From Chloroflexaceae bacterium (GTDB lineage Bacteria; Chloroflexota; Chloroflexia; Chloroflexales; Chloroflexaceae): a DNA stretch of 64,000 bases. Where the stretch lies: assembly GCA_012032475.1 (NCBI GenBank), contig JAAUSY010000002.1, forward strand, positions 2,106 through 66,105, in the 5' to 3' direction. The notes beneath the pieces are model-generated. The model was not told where the DNA came from and made no database searches. It saw only the letters and a list, made by a program, of their open reading frames with translations. Every line of letters starts with the position of its first letter. Positions within the stretch are counted from its first letter, which is position 1. This document shows positions 17,905 to 26,590 of the stretch, piece after piece. A program made the position numbers and the translations under genes.

Positions 17905-18954
17905 TCACGATTCTCTCTGGAGGAACGCCTCATAGGCCTGGATAAAAGATTCTGGTTGCTCAAAGTGGGGCATCGCGCCGGTCGGGAAGGCCTGAATGGT
18001 CCAGTTGCGGCGGGTGGCAACCTTTTCGGTGTGGACGTCGCTAAATTCGCCGCGGGTGCCATACCCCAACCACACCGGCATGGTCAGGGCGTGGTAGACA
18101 TGGTCCATATCCGCACTGAACAACCCCCCGGAGACAAAGGCATAGGGCGCGTTCTGGGCACCCGGCTGGTGGGCCGTCAGGTAGTAATAGTCCATCAAGT
18201 CCTGGTCAAGCGCTTCATACGAACTGAACGCCCGTGACATGAAGAAGCGCTGGCTTGGGCGGCTGTTCAGCAGATCGAAGAAGGGGCGGCTCCACAGAGG
18301 GAAGTCGAACAGTTCTTGCACCAGCGGGTTCCCAAGCGTGGTGCCTGCGGCTCCTTGCCGTCGCTCGCCTTTTCGCAGCCCGGTCGGAGATATCAGTGCC
18401 AGCGTGCGGAAGCGGTCGGGGGCTTCGTTGGCAGCGCGGGCAAGAAACTCGGCCCCCAGCGAGAGCGCCACGGCGTCAACCGGCCCCGGCCCGGCCTCAC
18501 GGGCTATCAGGTCGAGCACATCAAGCACCGCGTCTGTCATGAGGCGGGGGGTGTAGGAGCGCTTCGAACGGTCGGAGAAACCGAAGCCGGGCAGGTCCAG
18601 CGCATAGACGCGGCGGCTCTGGCGGTAGTGTTCGAACAGGGGCCGCATTTCATAGGCCGAAGCCGCCGCATTGACGCTGTGAATCAGGAGCAGGGGCGGG
18701 CCTTCTCCCTCCCCGGCCATATAGGCGCAGAGTTTTCCGGCCTTCCCCTGGAAGATGCGCTGCTCCCCCGACACGGCGGGCGGGAGCGGCATATGATGGG
18801 AAATAGCCAGGTTGCTATAGGCAATCCAACCCAACCCGGCCACCAGCGGCGGAGTCAGAAAGGTCTTGAACCAGCGGTGTCGGGGGCGTTTTCTGAGAGA
18901 TGTTCCAGTTTTGTGATGCATCGTTTGGTATTCTCCCTCGTTGCTTGAACTCAA
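17905..18954 (-). CDS. alpha/beta-fold hydrolase with N-terminal membrane segment
   Basis: 349 aa. LLLIHSVNAAASAYEMRPLF, YALDLPGFGFSD and the nucleophile-elbow-like AVALSLGAEF are present. A TM helix lies near residues 30-50. Confidence 0.8.
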   Translation of the reverse strand: MSSSNEGEYQTMHHKTGTSLRKRPRHRWFKTFLTPPLVAGLGWIAYSNLAISHHMPLPPAVSGEQRIFQGKAGKLCAYMAGEGEGPPLLLIHSVNAAASAYEMRPLFEHYRQSRRVYALDLPGFGFSDRSKRSYTPRLMTDAVLDVLDLIAREAGPGPVDAVALSLGAEFLARAANEAPDRFRTLALISPTGLRKGERRQGAAGTTLGNPLVQELFDFPLWSRPFFDLLNSRPSQRFFMSRAFSSYEALDQDLMDYYYLTAHQPGAQNAPYAFVSGGLFSADMDHVYHALTMPVWLGYGTRGEFSDVHTEKVATRRNWTIQAFPTGAMPHFEQPESFIQAYEAFLQRES

Positions 18955-18960
18955 TGGGCT

Positions 18961-19014
18961 TCGTCACTTGTCACTCGTCACTCGTCATTGCTCGTCACCC
19001 TCGTCATTCGTCAC
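18961..19014 (-). repeat. seven tandem degenerate heptamers (G)TGACGA filling the TIR-hydrolase spacer
   Basis: The plus strand reads tcgtcac ttgtcac tcgtcac tcgtcat tgc tcgtcac cc tcgtcat tcgtcac. The last unit contains the TIR gene stop (TGA at 19013-19011). Confidence 0.85.
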
Positions 19015-19904
19015 CGGGGGTGATAGGTTTCGGCGCGAGACTGGAGCGCCCGTCGCAACATCTCGTAGCCACCCTGGTCAAAAACAAGCTCAAGCTGCTC
19101 ATGCAGCAGGGGGCGCAGCCGGTCAGGAAGGTCGCAGGGGTCAAGTTTGAGCGGGATAAGGTAAATCGTCCCGTCCGGTTGCTCTTCGTATACGTCCAGT
19201 GCCCGGTTCATCTGCCGGTGGAACTGCCCGGACTTCGTCACGGCTCTGGAGGAAAGACAGATGACCACGGCCCCAGACTGCCGGATGGCCCGCTCAATTT
19301 CTCGCTGCCAGTTCTGCCCCGGCAGCAGGTCTTCACGGTCCATCCACGGCTGGAAACCATCGGCCTGAAGTTTGCGATACAGGCTTTGCACCGTTGCCAG
19401 GTCGTCGGGGGCATAGCTCAAGAATACCATCATCCGTCGGGACGGCGGGGCGGTTGTGGCCGGCGGGGCCGGTGCGGCAGACCCGGACGGAGCCGGCGCA
19501 GCCCCACTAGACGCAGGGGCGGACGGGTCATGGTAATAGTGGTGGTGGGTCCCTCCGAACTGCTGATGCACCGGACCGGTCGAGCGATTGACAAATCCCT
19601 GGGAGTATCGTGCGTCAATGTGGTCGCCTGCTGCGCCTGGTGGTTCCTGTGATTCCATTGATTCCATGGGAGCCGGCGAAGGCGGCGGGAAGCGATTCGG
19701 GCGCTCCTGACGGAGCCGCTCCACGAGCGTTTGCTCTTCCCCGTGCCGTTCGCAGTAGTCAATCAATTCTTGAATCTTCTGGGTCCTGGTCATCCCCGCT
19801 GCGAATCGCTCAAACACCGGGCGGAAGTGGTAGTAGCACAGGTGGTTGAACTCCTCGTCGCTGTAGGATTGTACCAGGATGTTGTAGATTTCCAGGCTGT
19901 TCAC
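19011..19904 (-). CDS. TIR-domain protein with an N-terminal effector-associated (EAD-like) helical domain
   Basis: 297 aa, GTG start with GGGGAGGG upstream. The C-terminal domain is TIR_2-like (MMVFLSYAPDDLATVQSLYRKLQADGFQPWMDREDLLPGQNWQREIERAIRQSGAVVICLSS). The N-terminal 75 aa (SDEEFNHLCYYHF...KIQELIDYCERHGEEQTLVERLRQERP) resembles adaptor EADs of conflict systems. A Pro/Ala/Ser-rich linker joins them. Confidence 0.8.
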   Translation of the reverse strand: MNSLEIYNILVQSYSDEEFNHLCYYHFRPVFERFAAGMTRTQKIQELIDYCERHGEEQTLVERLRQERPNRFPPPSPAPMESMESQEPPGAAGDHIDARYSQGFVNRSTGPVHQQFGGTHHHYYHDPSAPASSGAAPAPSGSAAPAPPATTAPPSRRMMVFLSYAPDDLATVQSLYRKLQADGFQPWMDREDLLPGQNWQREIERAIRQSGAVVICLSSRAVTKSGQFHRQMNRALDVYEEQPDGTIYLIPLKLDPCDLPDRLRPLLHEQLELVFDQGGYEMLRRALQSRAETYHPR

Positions 19905-20256
19905 CGATGTTCCCTCCCCATTTCATGGTCCCTGAGAATTATACCATTATTCAGGACCGAGGGGAACATGGCCTGACCACAGCACCAGCGCGGCAGGCTG
20001 GGCACCGGCCAACCTGGCTTGACAGCTATCGAGAAATCTATCACCATGGCTCCGTTCAGACTGGGCATACCCTGGAACGCTCCCCTGGCTCCTGGGGGCC
20101 GTTTGCCCGGAGGGCCGGGAAAGCCCAGGGAATCAGGCAGGATATGGAGAATGCCCATGGATAATAGTGGATAATAGTGGATGATGGATGGATGATGGTC
20201 ATGAAGGAGTGCGATTGGTGAATAATCACAGGAACCTGGAGAGGAATATTCAACGC

Positions 20257-21084
20257 ATGGTCCATTTCAGATTCAGTCGAATGGTTTTCAGAGACCCACG
20301 GGCTGCCCTGGTTGGCAAGGTGCTTCCGGTGCTTCTAGCGCTTCTGGCGCTCACGGGCTGCGACCTGAGCCTGCCAGAGAAGAAACCCAAACCTACCACG
20401 GAAACCGAAGCGGTTAGGAATTTCAACGAAATCTTCTTGCAGGGCGAGGGCGAACTTTTCATTACCCAGGGAGACGAAACCTCCGTCACCGTTGAGGCCG
20501 AACAACTGGATATGCCCAAAATTGGCCGGAATGTGGCGGATGGGCGGTTGGTGCTGCGCACTGATATGCTCCGTTCCCCGCTTCCGATTATCTTCAATGT
20601 TACCGTCAAGGATTTGAACAAAATTATGGTGAGCGGTCCGGGGCATGTCCACGTCACCGACCTGAAGACCGACCACCTGTCCCTCGACATCCGCGGGGTG
20701 GGCGATGCCAGTATTGCCATAGACCAGGTAGAGGTAGCCGACGACCTGACCGTTGAGTTACTTGGCACCTCCGTTGCCACGCTGACCAACCTGGTGGCAA
20801 CGGACGCCACGGTGCGGCTCTATGGGACCGGGGATGCGACGCTGGCCGGCGCAGTCACCAAGCAGCAGGTCAGGATTATTGACACCGGAGATTACCACGG
20901 GGGCGACCTGGAAAGCAACGAGGCCACTGTGGAGATAGAAGGGGAGGGCGGGGCAACGCTCCAGGTCGAGGACCGGCTTGAGGTACACCTCACCGGCAGC
21001 GGCAAGGTTCGCTACACCGGCAACCCGACCATCTCCGAAGACATCACCGGCTCAGGGACGGTCGAGCGCCTGAAAGTGAGATAA
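20257..21084 (+). CDS. DUF2807 (GIN-domain, adhesin-head-like) lipoprotein
   Basis: The signal peptide has the lipobox LLALLALTGC. Repetitive beta-helix-like segments follow and the protein ends GSGKVRYTGNPTISEDITGSGTVERL. Confidence 0.75.
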   Translation: MVHFRFSRMVFRDPRAALVGKVLPVLLALLALTGCDLSLPEKKPKPTTETEAVRNFNEIFLQGEGELFITQGDETSVTVEAEQLDMPKIGRNVADGRLVLRTDMLRSPLPIIFNVTVKDLNKIMVSGPGHVHVTDLKTDHLSLDIRGVGDASIAIDQVEVADDLTVELLGTSVATLTNLVATDATVRLYGTGDATLAGAVTKQQVRIIDTGDYHGGDLESNEATVEIEGEGGATLQVEDRLEVHLTGSGKVRYTGNPTISEDITGSGTVERLKVR

Positions 21085-21355
21085 TATGAGCGATGAGTGA
21101 GAAGTGACCAGTGACCGTTCGTCACCTGGTGGGGGCGCTGCGCCCCCACCGCCCCTCCGCCAGAGACCGGTTTCTTCCTGATATCCCCATCATCTCCCCG
21201 TCACCCTCCTGTGCTTCACCTCCGGCCATCCTTCGTTCATCATGAAAATAGCACCGACGAAGATGACAAAACCGTAACAATAAAGATACGCGGTTGCGAT
21301 GGTATTGAAAACTGAAACCTGTTTGAAAACGTTTGAAATGGTCTGGAGGTGTACC

Positions 21356-22216
21356 ATGATAGTGATAGTGATGGCTCGTTCTCTTTCCCGATACTGGCTG
21401 GTGGTTCTGGGAATTCTCATAGTGGGGGGGTGGGTCTTGCTCGGCCAGCAAACGCTTGCGGCCCCTCCCGACCAGGGAGCGGCTGAAGGAGCAACCCCGC
21501 CGGAACAGACGGTGCTGCTCCCCCTTGCGGATGCTGAGGGGGCCGCGCTGACCGGCGATGCTCCGGGGTATGCGTATGTTTCGCCCATCATCGAAGCGCA
21601 CCAGCCCTTCACGCACGTGCTGGTGCGGTGGGAGACCACCGAAACCGAAGCGGTAAGCCACACCCACCCGCTTGAGGCCAGGCTTGAGCCTGCGTCGGAG
21701 CTTGAGATACGCGTGAGCCACGATGGGACGACATGGGAACCGTGGCAGGGAGTGGAAGAAGACGACGAACTATGGATGCCGGAGGATGGCGACAACGTGT
21801 CCTGGAGTCCCGTGCTGTATGCCGGCGAGGGGATGCAGTTCTGGCAGGTGCGGGTTGGTGCCGGAACTGGTGACCCTCCGCTCGACGTGCATCGGATTGA
21901 AGTGAACACCGTAGATGGACGGCTTGAGGGTGAACAGAAGCCCCCAACAAGCGCCACACAGGCAAGCAGCGAGGGGGTTAGCCTGGCGTCGGTGGCAAAG
22001 CCGCCGGTGGTGAGCCGCACCGCGTGGGGGTGCCCGGACGGTCAGGCGAGTCGGGTAGGCGTGGCCTACTACTCCGTTAATCACCTGGTGGTTCATCACA
22101 CGGCGGAATCGAACACGCTCGGCAGCAGCGAAAGCAACTGGGCTGCGCGGGTGCGAGCCATCTGGAATTTCCACACCTACACCCGCGGTGGGGCGACGTG
22201 GGCTATAACTACCTGA
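21356..22216 (+). CDS. secreted N-acetylmuramoyl-L-alanine amidase (PGRP/Amidase_2), fragment 1 of 3
   Basis: It has a signal/TM segment, then VNHLVVHHTAESN...ARVRAIWNFHTYTRG. The frame is lost at 22189-22190, where the family motif GWGDVGYNYLIDP is expected. Confidence 0.75.
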   Translation: MIVIVMARSLSRYWLVVLGILIVGGWVLLGQQTLAAPPDQGAAEGATPPEQTVLLPLADAEGAALTGDAPGYAYVSPIIEAHQPFTHVLVRWETTETEAVSHTHPLEARLEPASELEIRVSHDGTTWEPWQGVEEDDELWMPEDGDNVSWSPVLYAGEGMQFWQVRVGAGTGDPPLDVHRIEVNTVDGRLEGEQKPPTSATQASSEGVSLASVAKPPVVSRTAWGCPDGQASRVGVAYYSVNHLVVHHTAESNTLGSSESNWAARVRAIWNFHTYTRGGATWAITT

Positions 22217-22509
22217 TAGACCCCGACGGCGTCATCTACGAGGGCCGCGCCGGGGGGGATGACGCCGTGGGTTTCCACGATACAGGCAACTACGGCTCAA
22301 TGGGGGTGTCGCTCATTGGAACCTACCAATCGGTGGTGCCGGGCATTGCCATGCAGGAAAGCCTGGTCGAACTGCTGGCGTGGAAGGCAGCGCAGAAGAA
22401 CATTGACCCGTTCGGGGAGTCCTACTACTATGGCTGTGATATTTCCAGTTCTTGCCGGCCATACGTACCAGGGCCGTGGTGGAGAACATCGCCGGTCATC
22501 GCAACGTGA
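22198..22509 (+). CDS. PGRP amidase, fragment 2 of 3
   Basis: GYNYLIDPDGVIYEGRAGGDDAVGFHDTGNYGSMGVSLIGTY is the core of Amidase_2. The frame is lost again near 22438-22445. Confidence 0.7.
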   Translation: MGYNYLIDPDGVIYEGRAGGDDAVGFHDTGNYGSMGVSLIGTYQSVVPGIAMQESLVELLAWKAAQKNIDPFGESYYYGCDISSSCRPYVPGPWWRTSPVIAT

Positions 22510-24344
22510 CCCCCGGCCACACCACCTGCCCCGGCGACGAGGTGATGGCGCTCCTGCCGTCCATCCGGCAGCGGGTAGCAACGGCGATAGAGAACAACGG
22601 CGTGGATAACCCGGTGCAACCCGACAACGGTGACCTGCTGATTGACGAGCGAGAAACGAGCTTCACTCCATCCCAGGCGACCTGGTATCGGGCGGCCTGC
22701 GGCGATGGTGGGCATACGTTCTATACCTACGCGACTGATTCGGCAGACGAAAGCACCAATTCCGCCACCTGGCGACCGTCGCTCCCAGAGCACGGCACCT
22801 ACCGGGTCTCGGTTCATATTCCGCAGGGCTGCGGTCTGGGAAGCCCGCCCTATGCCTCAACTCACGCCGTCTACCGTATCCATTCGGCGGAGGGGGTTTC
22901 GGAACAGGTGGTGGACCACAACACCGCGGAGGAGTGGGTTGACCTGGGCGTCTATACGTTCGAGGCGGGCACTGGTGGTTATGTCGAGCTGAGTGACCTG
23001 ACCGGCGAGCCGTATAGCCAGCGCCGGGTCATCTTCTTCGACAGCGTCCGGTGGGTTCCCGATGAGCCGCCGGCCCAGACGAGCGCCGAACTGCTGCACG
23101 TGTCCTATGACCGACCGGTGCTCGCCGTGGGGGAGGTGCTCAAGGTCACCTTTACGATACGCAACAGCGGCAATACGACCATTTCCGGTCAGGAGCCGGC
23201 GGGTGATTATGTCTATAGCGAAAGCGAATGCTACCTGGGAGATGAGACTCAGGCAACTCCCTCCTATCCGAAGGAAGCGGGTCACTTCCGGGTGGTGCTT
23301 GGCCCGTCCGACCGCGAAGTTCCCTGTGCAGGCGATGCCGGCGGCTACCCCTGGCGGTGGAGCATCGGCGGAGCACTGGAACCGGGCGAAACCCGCGACA
23401 TCACCGGCCTGGTCTGGTTTCACCAGCCGGGCCAGGTGACGCTGCACGCAGGGCTGATTGAGGAATACGTCCAGTATCACGCCGAAGATGTAGCTCCGGC
23501 CATCATTGAGGTGACCGAGGAGCAGCAGTCTCCGGTGCCGGTCATCTTCGATGCCTCGCTGCACCCGGTGGCGCAGGTGTATCACCTGGGCATCGAGTCG
23601 GAAAGCCTGCTGCGCCGCATCCTCGACCCGCGTTTGGTGACCCGTGGCGAACTGGTGGGGAGCTTTGCCTGGGATGGCAGCCTGTTGAACTGGGGCGATG
23701 GCGGGCCGGTGGGGCAGAATGACGATTTCCTGGTTGAGCAGACGCGGGTGTTTCTGGCTCCCACCGACGGTGCCTACGTCTTCCGCACCACCAGCGACGA
23801 CGGGTCGTGGCTGTGGGTAGATGGGCACCTGATAGTTGCCAATGGGGGAGTCAACGACCCGGCGGCTTCGTCCGGGCAGATGACGGGGACCCTGAAACTG
23901 ACGACGGGACTGCATGTGCTCTCGTTCAGGTATTTCGAGCAGGGCGGCGCAGCGATGGCCGGCTACCGCGTGCAATTGCCTGGCACCACGGACTTTGGGC
24001 CGCTGCCGGAGGCAACCCGCGCCGACCCACCGGTATCCGGCACCATCTTCACCGTTTCGCCCCGGCTCTACCTGGCCGCCGACGACCAGGGCGGCAGTGG
24101 GGTTGCGGCCCTACGCTATTCGTGGGATGGTTCGGCCTGGACGACAGTGCCGGCCCTGGTGACAGGTGAAGACTCCCTGAACGCAACCGTGGTTGACCTG
24201 GGCGAGTTGGGGGCCGGCCAATACCACCTGCGCTACCAGGTTGAGGACCAGACGGGGAATGTTTCGCCCATCCAGGAAGCGGTCTTTGAGGTGCGGCCTG
24301 GTTTCTCGCTGCATCGCCTGTATCTACCGCTGCTGATGCAGTGA
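22452..24344 (+). CDS. PGRP amidase, fragment 3 of 3: end of amidase domain, golvesin-C-like domain, PA14 domain
   Basis: IAGHRNVTPGHTTCPG ends the amidase domain. YRVSVHIP...VDLGVYTFEAG...IFFDSVRWVP is golvesin-C-like. YVFRTTSDDGSWLWVDGHLIV...FRYFEQGGAAMAGYRV is PA14. Confidence 0.75.
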   Translation: MPAIRTRAVVENIAGHRNVTPGHTTCPGDEVMALLPSIRQRVATAIENNGVDNPVQPDNGDLLIDERETSFTPSQATWYRAACGDGGHTFYTYATDSADESTNSATWRPSLPEHGTYRVSVHIPQGCGLGSPPYASTHAVYRIHSAEGVSEQVVDHNTAEEWVDLGVYTFEAGTGGYVELSDLTGEPYSQRRVIFFDSVRWVPDEPPAQTSAELLHVSYDRPVLAVGEVLKVTFTIRNSGNTTISGQEPAGDYVYSESECYLGDETQATPSYPKEAGHFRVVLGPSDREVPCAGDAGGYPWRWSIGGALEPGETRDITGLVWFHQPGQVTLHAGLIEEYVQYHAEDVAPAIIEVTEEQQSPVPVIFDASLHPVAQVYHLGIESESLLRRILDPRLVTRGELVGSFAWDGSLLNWGDGGPVGQNDDFLVEQTRVFLAPTDGAYVFRTTSDDGSWLWVDGHLIVANGGVNDPAASSGQMTGTLKLTTGLHVLSFRYFEQGGAAMAGYRVQLPGTTDFGPLPEATRADPPVSGTIFTVSPRLYLAADDQGGSGVAALRYSWDGSAWTTVPALVTGEDSLNATVVDLGELGAGQYHLRYQVEDQTGNVSPIQEAVFEVRPGFSLHRLYLPLLMQ

Positions 24345-24387
24345 TACGAGAACGAAGCGAGAACGCAGCGGGGACGGAGCGGGAACA

Positions 24388-24442
24388 GAAGCGGGGCCAC
24401 CTCCCGCAGGGTTCGATACCCCAGGGGAGGCTGCCCCGCTTC
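24388..24442. terminator. long imperfect hairpin between convergent genes (candidate bidirectional terminator)
   Basis: The outer stem is gaagcggggc (24388-24397) / gccccgcttc (24433-24442). The inner stem is cctccc (24400-24405) / gggagg (24425-24430). The loop is 19 nt. Confidence 0.4.
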
Positions 24443-24466
24443 CGTCCGGTCCGTCAATCAATCCAA

Positions 24467-25234
24467 TTACCGCAGTTCGTAGGTTACCTGCACCTGAGCG
24501 CTGAAGCTCTGTTCTCCTCCATAGACCGGCGGGGGAGACGCGGATGTTTCCATTTTTGCCTGGTCCATCATTGGCAGGGCCATTCTTGCCACCGGCACCG
24601 GGGGGAAGGTGGGCGAACCAATGTTCTCGGTAATCATGAGCACTGTCCCGATTTCGGCCCCACCGGCCCGCGCCAGACGGCTGGCTCGCTCCTCCGCGTC
24701 GTGCATAGCCTTGTCGCGGGCTTCGGCCAACAGAGCGGAGGGGTCATCCACACTGAAGTAGATGCCATAGATGCGGTTGGCTCCCACCTGGACCACCTGG
24801 TCGAGCAAGCTGCTCGTCTGGTCCATATCACGGATGGTGACAGCTACGATGTTGCTGACCTGGTAACCCGTCACCCAGCGGCCCCGGTCGTCGTAGGTGG
24901 GGCTGATGTTGAAGTTGCTGGTCTGGATATCTTTTTCCGCAATCCCTAGTTCGGTGAGCTGGTCCACGATCTTGCTGGCCTGTTCGTTGTTCTCTCGCAG
25001 GGCATCCTGGGCAGTTTTGCCCTCGGTCTCTACGCCAATCTGGACATGGGCTGTGTCCGGGGTGCCTTTGATTTCGCTAAAGCCAACCACGGTGATTTGC
25101 CGGACGATGGCCGATTCTGAGGCCGTCTGGATGGGGGCCGGGGCAGTCGCGACCATTCCGATGGTCACGACCAGGGCGACAAACACGAGCGTGCCGGCCA
25201 GGGCCCCGGAGATAACGGCGATGCGACGTGACAT
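24467..25234 (-). CDS. SIMPL (DUF541) domain-containing protein
   Basis: I prefer ATG 25234, which has AAAGGAG upstream, giving MSRRIAVISGALAGTLVFVALVV. The SIMPL core includes DTAHVQIGVETEGKTAQDAL...QTSNFNISPTYD...GYQVSNIVAVTIRD. Confidence 0.8.
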   Translation of the reverse strand: MSRRIAVISGALAGTLVFVALVVTIGMVATAPAPIQTASESAIVRQITVVGFSEIKGTPDTAHVQIGVETEGKTAQDALRENNEQASKIVDQLTELGIAEKDIQTSNFNISPTYDDRGRWVTGYQVSNIVAVTIRDMDQTSSLLDQVVQVGANRIYGIYFSVDDPSALLAEARDKAMHDAEERASRLARAGGAEIGTVLMITENIGSPTFPPVPVARMALPMMDQAKMETSASPPPVYGGEQSFSAQVQVTYELR

Positions 25235-25568
25235 GACGTCTGCTCCTTTCCTTTCGTCTGGTGAATAACATTTTGTTGGGCACCATTTTGTGGGTGCGTA
25301 GGGGAAGTCTTCCCCTACGTTCATCCGTTCTTCCGCATACCGATGCGTCTTTTGCTTCTCTCAGGAAGACGCCGCGACCACGGGGAAGGTTCCGCTGGTA
25401 GCTCCCATACATCCAGATACCGATATCTGCCCATTTGCCAGACCCCCAGGTTTTCGCTATACTACGTCGTGGCATCGTGTGATAGGTTGACAGAAGGAAG
25501 GAGGTGAATGAAAGGAGCCAGGAACGCAAGAATGTTACGCTTTTTTGCGTGCCGGGTCCCGCACTATC

Positions 25569-25760
25569 ATGAGAGTAGATCGTCGTGATGGAGAATCGGT
25601 TGATCAGTTGATACGCCGCTTTAACAAAGGGGTCGTTTCGGAGCGGATCACCAAAATCTACCGAGATAAGATGCATTTTATCTCGAAGAGTGAGCAGCGC
25701 AAAGAGAAGCGCCGCCGCGCAGAACGCAACCGCCGAAAGAAGATGTCCCGGTCCTACTAA
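25569..25760 (+). CDS. rpsU: 30S ribosomal protein S21
   Basis: MRVDRRDGESVDQLIRRFNKGVVSERITKIYRDKMHFISKSEQRKEKRRRAERNRRK is a typical S21. There is no obvious SD before this ATG; see the uORF finding. Confidence 0.85.
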   Translation: MRVDRRDGESVDQLIRRFNKGVVSERITKIYRDKMHFISKSEQRKEKRRRAERNRRKKMSRSY

Positions 25761-25806
25761 GTTCAGGTTGAGGCAGGCATGAGCTGCTGGCTCTGGGACC
25801 TCGGTC

Positions 25807-25830
25807 ATTGATTGACTGATTGATTGACTG
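25807..25830. repeat. tandem 12-mer attgattgactg x2 (TCAATCAAT word family)
   Basis: Perfect copies lie at 25807-25818 and 25819-25830, in the spacer between the rpsU and msrB 3' ends. Confidence 0.8.
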
Positions 25831-25869
25831 GCCGGGTTGTCCAATGGCCGAAAGACCCTCAACAGGTCA

Positions 25870-26301
25870 TCATCCCTCGTCCGCTGATGGAGGAAGCGTG
25901 GTCAGGTTTGTGGGCTGGAATCGCAATGCTACGGAGTTGATACAGTACCGTTCGTAGGTGGGCGACGGGCCGTCTTCAAAGACGTGCCCCAGGTGAGACC
26001 CGCACGCCCGGCACAACACTTCGGTGCGTCTCATCATCAGGCTGTGGTCTTCTTCCGTATCAATGGCTTCCGGGTCAATGGGAGCAAAGAAGCTCGGCCA
26101 GCCTGTCCCCGAATCAAACTTGGTCTCGGAGTGAAACAGGGGCGTGCCACAGCAAACGCAGTGGTACGCCCCTTCTGCTTTCATGTCGTAGTAGGCTCCC
26201 GAAAAGGGCCGCTCGGTCCCCTTGCGCCGGCACACCTCAAACTGCTCGGCGGTCAGTTCTTGCCGCCACTGCTCATCAGTTTTCGAAAGGTTCTCAGTCA
26301 T
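25870..26301 (-). CDS. msrB: peptide-methionine (R)-S-oxide reductase
   Basis: I use ATG 26301 ([17 protein letters not shown]). The zinc CxxC pairs (CVCCGTPLF and [12 protein letters not shown]) and the catalytic ERYCINS motif are present. Confidence 0.9.
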   Translation of the reverse strand: MTENLSKTDEQWRQELTAEQFEVCRRKGTERPFSGAYYDMKAEGAYHCVCCGTPLFHSETKFDSGTGWPSFFAPIDPEAIDTEEDHSLMMRRTEVLCRACGSHLGHVFEDGPSPTYERYCINSVALRFQPTNLTTLPPSADEG

Positions 26302-26590
26302 AGCCTGCGGCGGTGCCGAAACCCACCGGAGCCGGTGGAGAAACGCACCACCCCTCCTTTCTTTGTTTTGCTTTGTTTGGATTTTCGCGACCTTCTCTTC
26401 ATCATACCACATCCGGGCCGGAGATAAACTCGCCAGTGACGAGCCGTCTAGCTCTGGGACCGGCGACGGGACCAGACAGGCCCGCGGCATTTGACTCCCG
26501 TTCCCTCTGTGTAGTACACTGTGGGGGGAATTTTTGTACACTTCTTATAGAAGAAAGCACAGAAACGTAGGGAACAGAAAGGTGGTCACG

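Noticed and set aside
18961-19014. The short tandem repeats in spacers might be CRISPR arrays.
   Set aside because: The periods are 7-16 nt with no unique spacers between units. The arrays are under 60 nt and no cas genes are present.
17905-19904. The TIR gene plus its neighbour might be a Thoeris-type defence system.
   Set aside because: No ThsA-like SIR2/SLOG or Macro effector is present. The neighbour is an alpha/beta hydrolase, and the TIR appears to lack the catalytic Glu. The locus is therefore reported as an uncharacterised pairing, not as Thoeris.
19907-20164. 85-aa ORFs on both strands lie in the divergent region between the TIR gene and the DUF2807 gene.
   Set aside because: They mirror each other, have no start context and no motifs, and occupy what looks like a promoter/operator region.
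24406-24424. The sequence gcagggttcgatacccca resembles a tRNA T-arm (GGTTCGAnnCC).
   Set aside because: Only 3 bp of T-stem can form. No acceptor, D or anticodon arms can be built from the flanks. It is simply the apical loop of the long hairpin between the convergent amidase and SIMPL genes.
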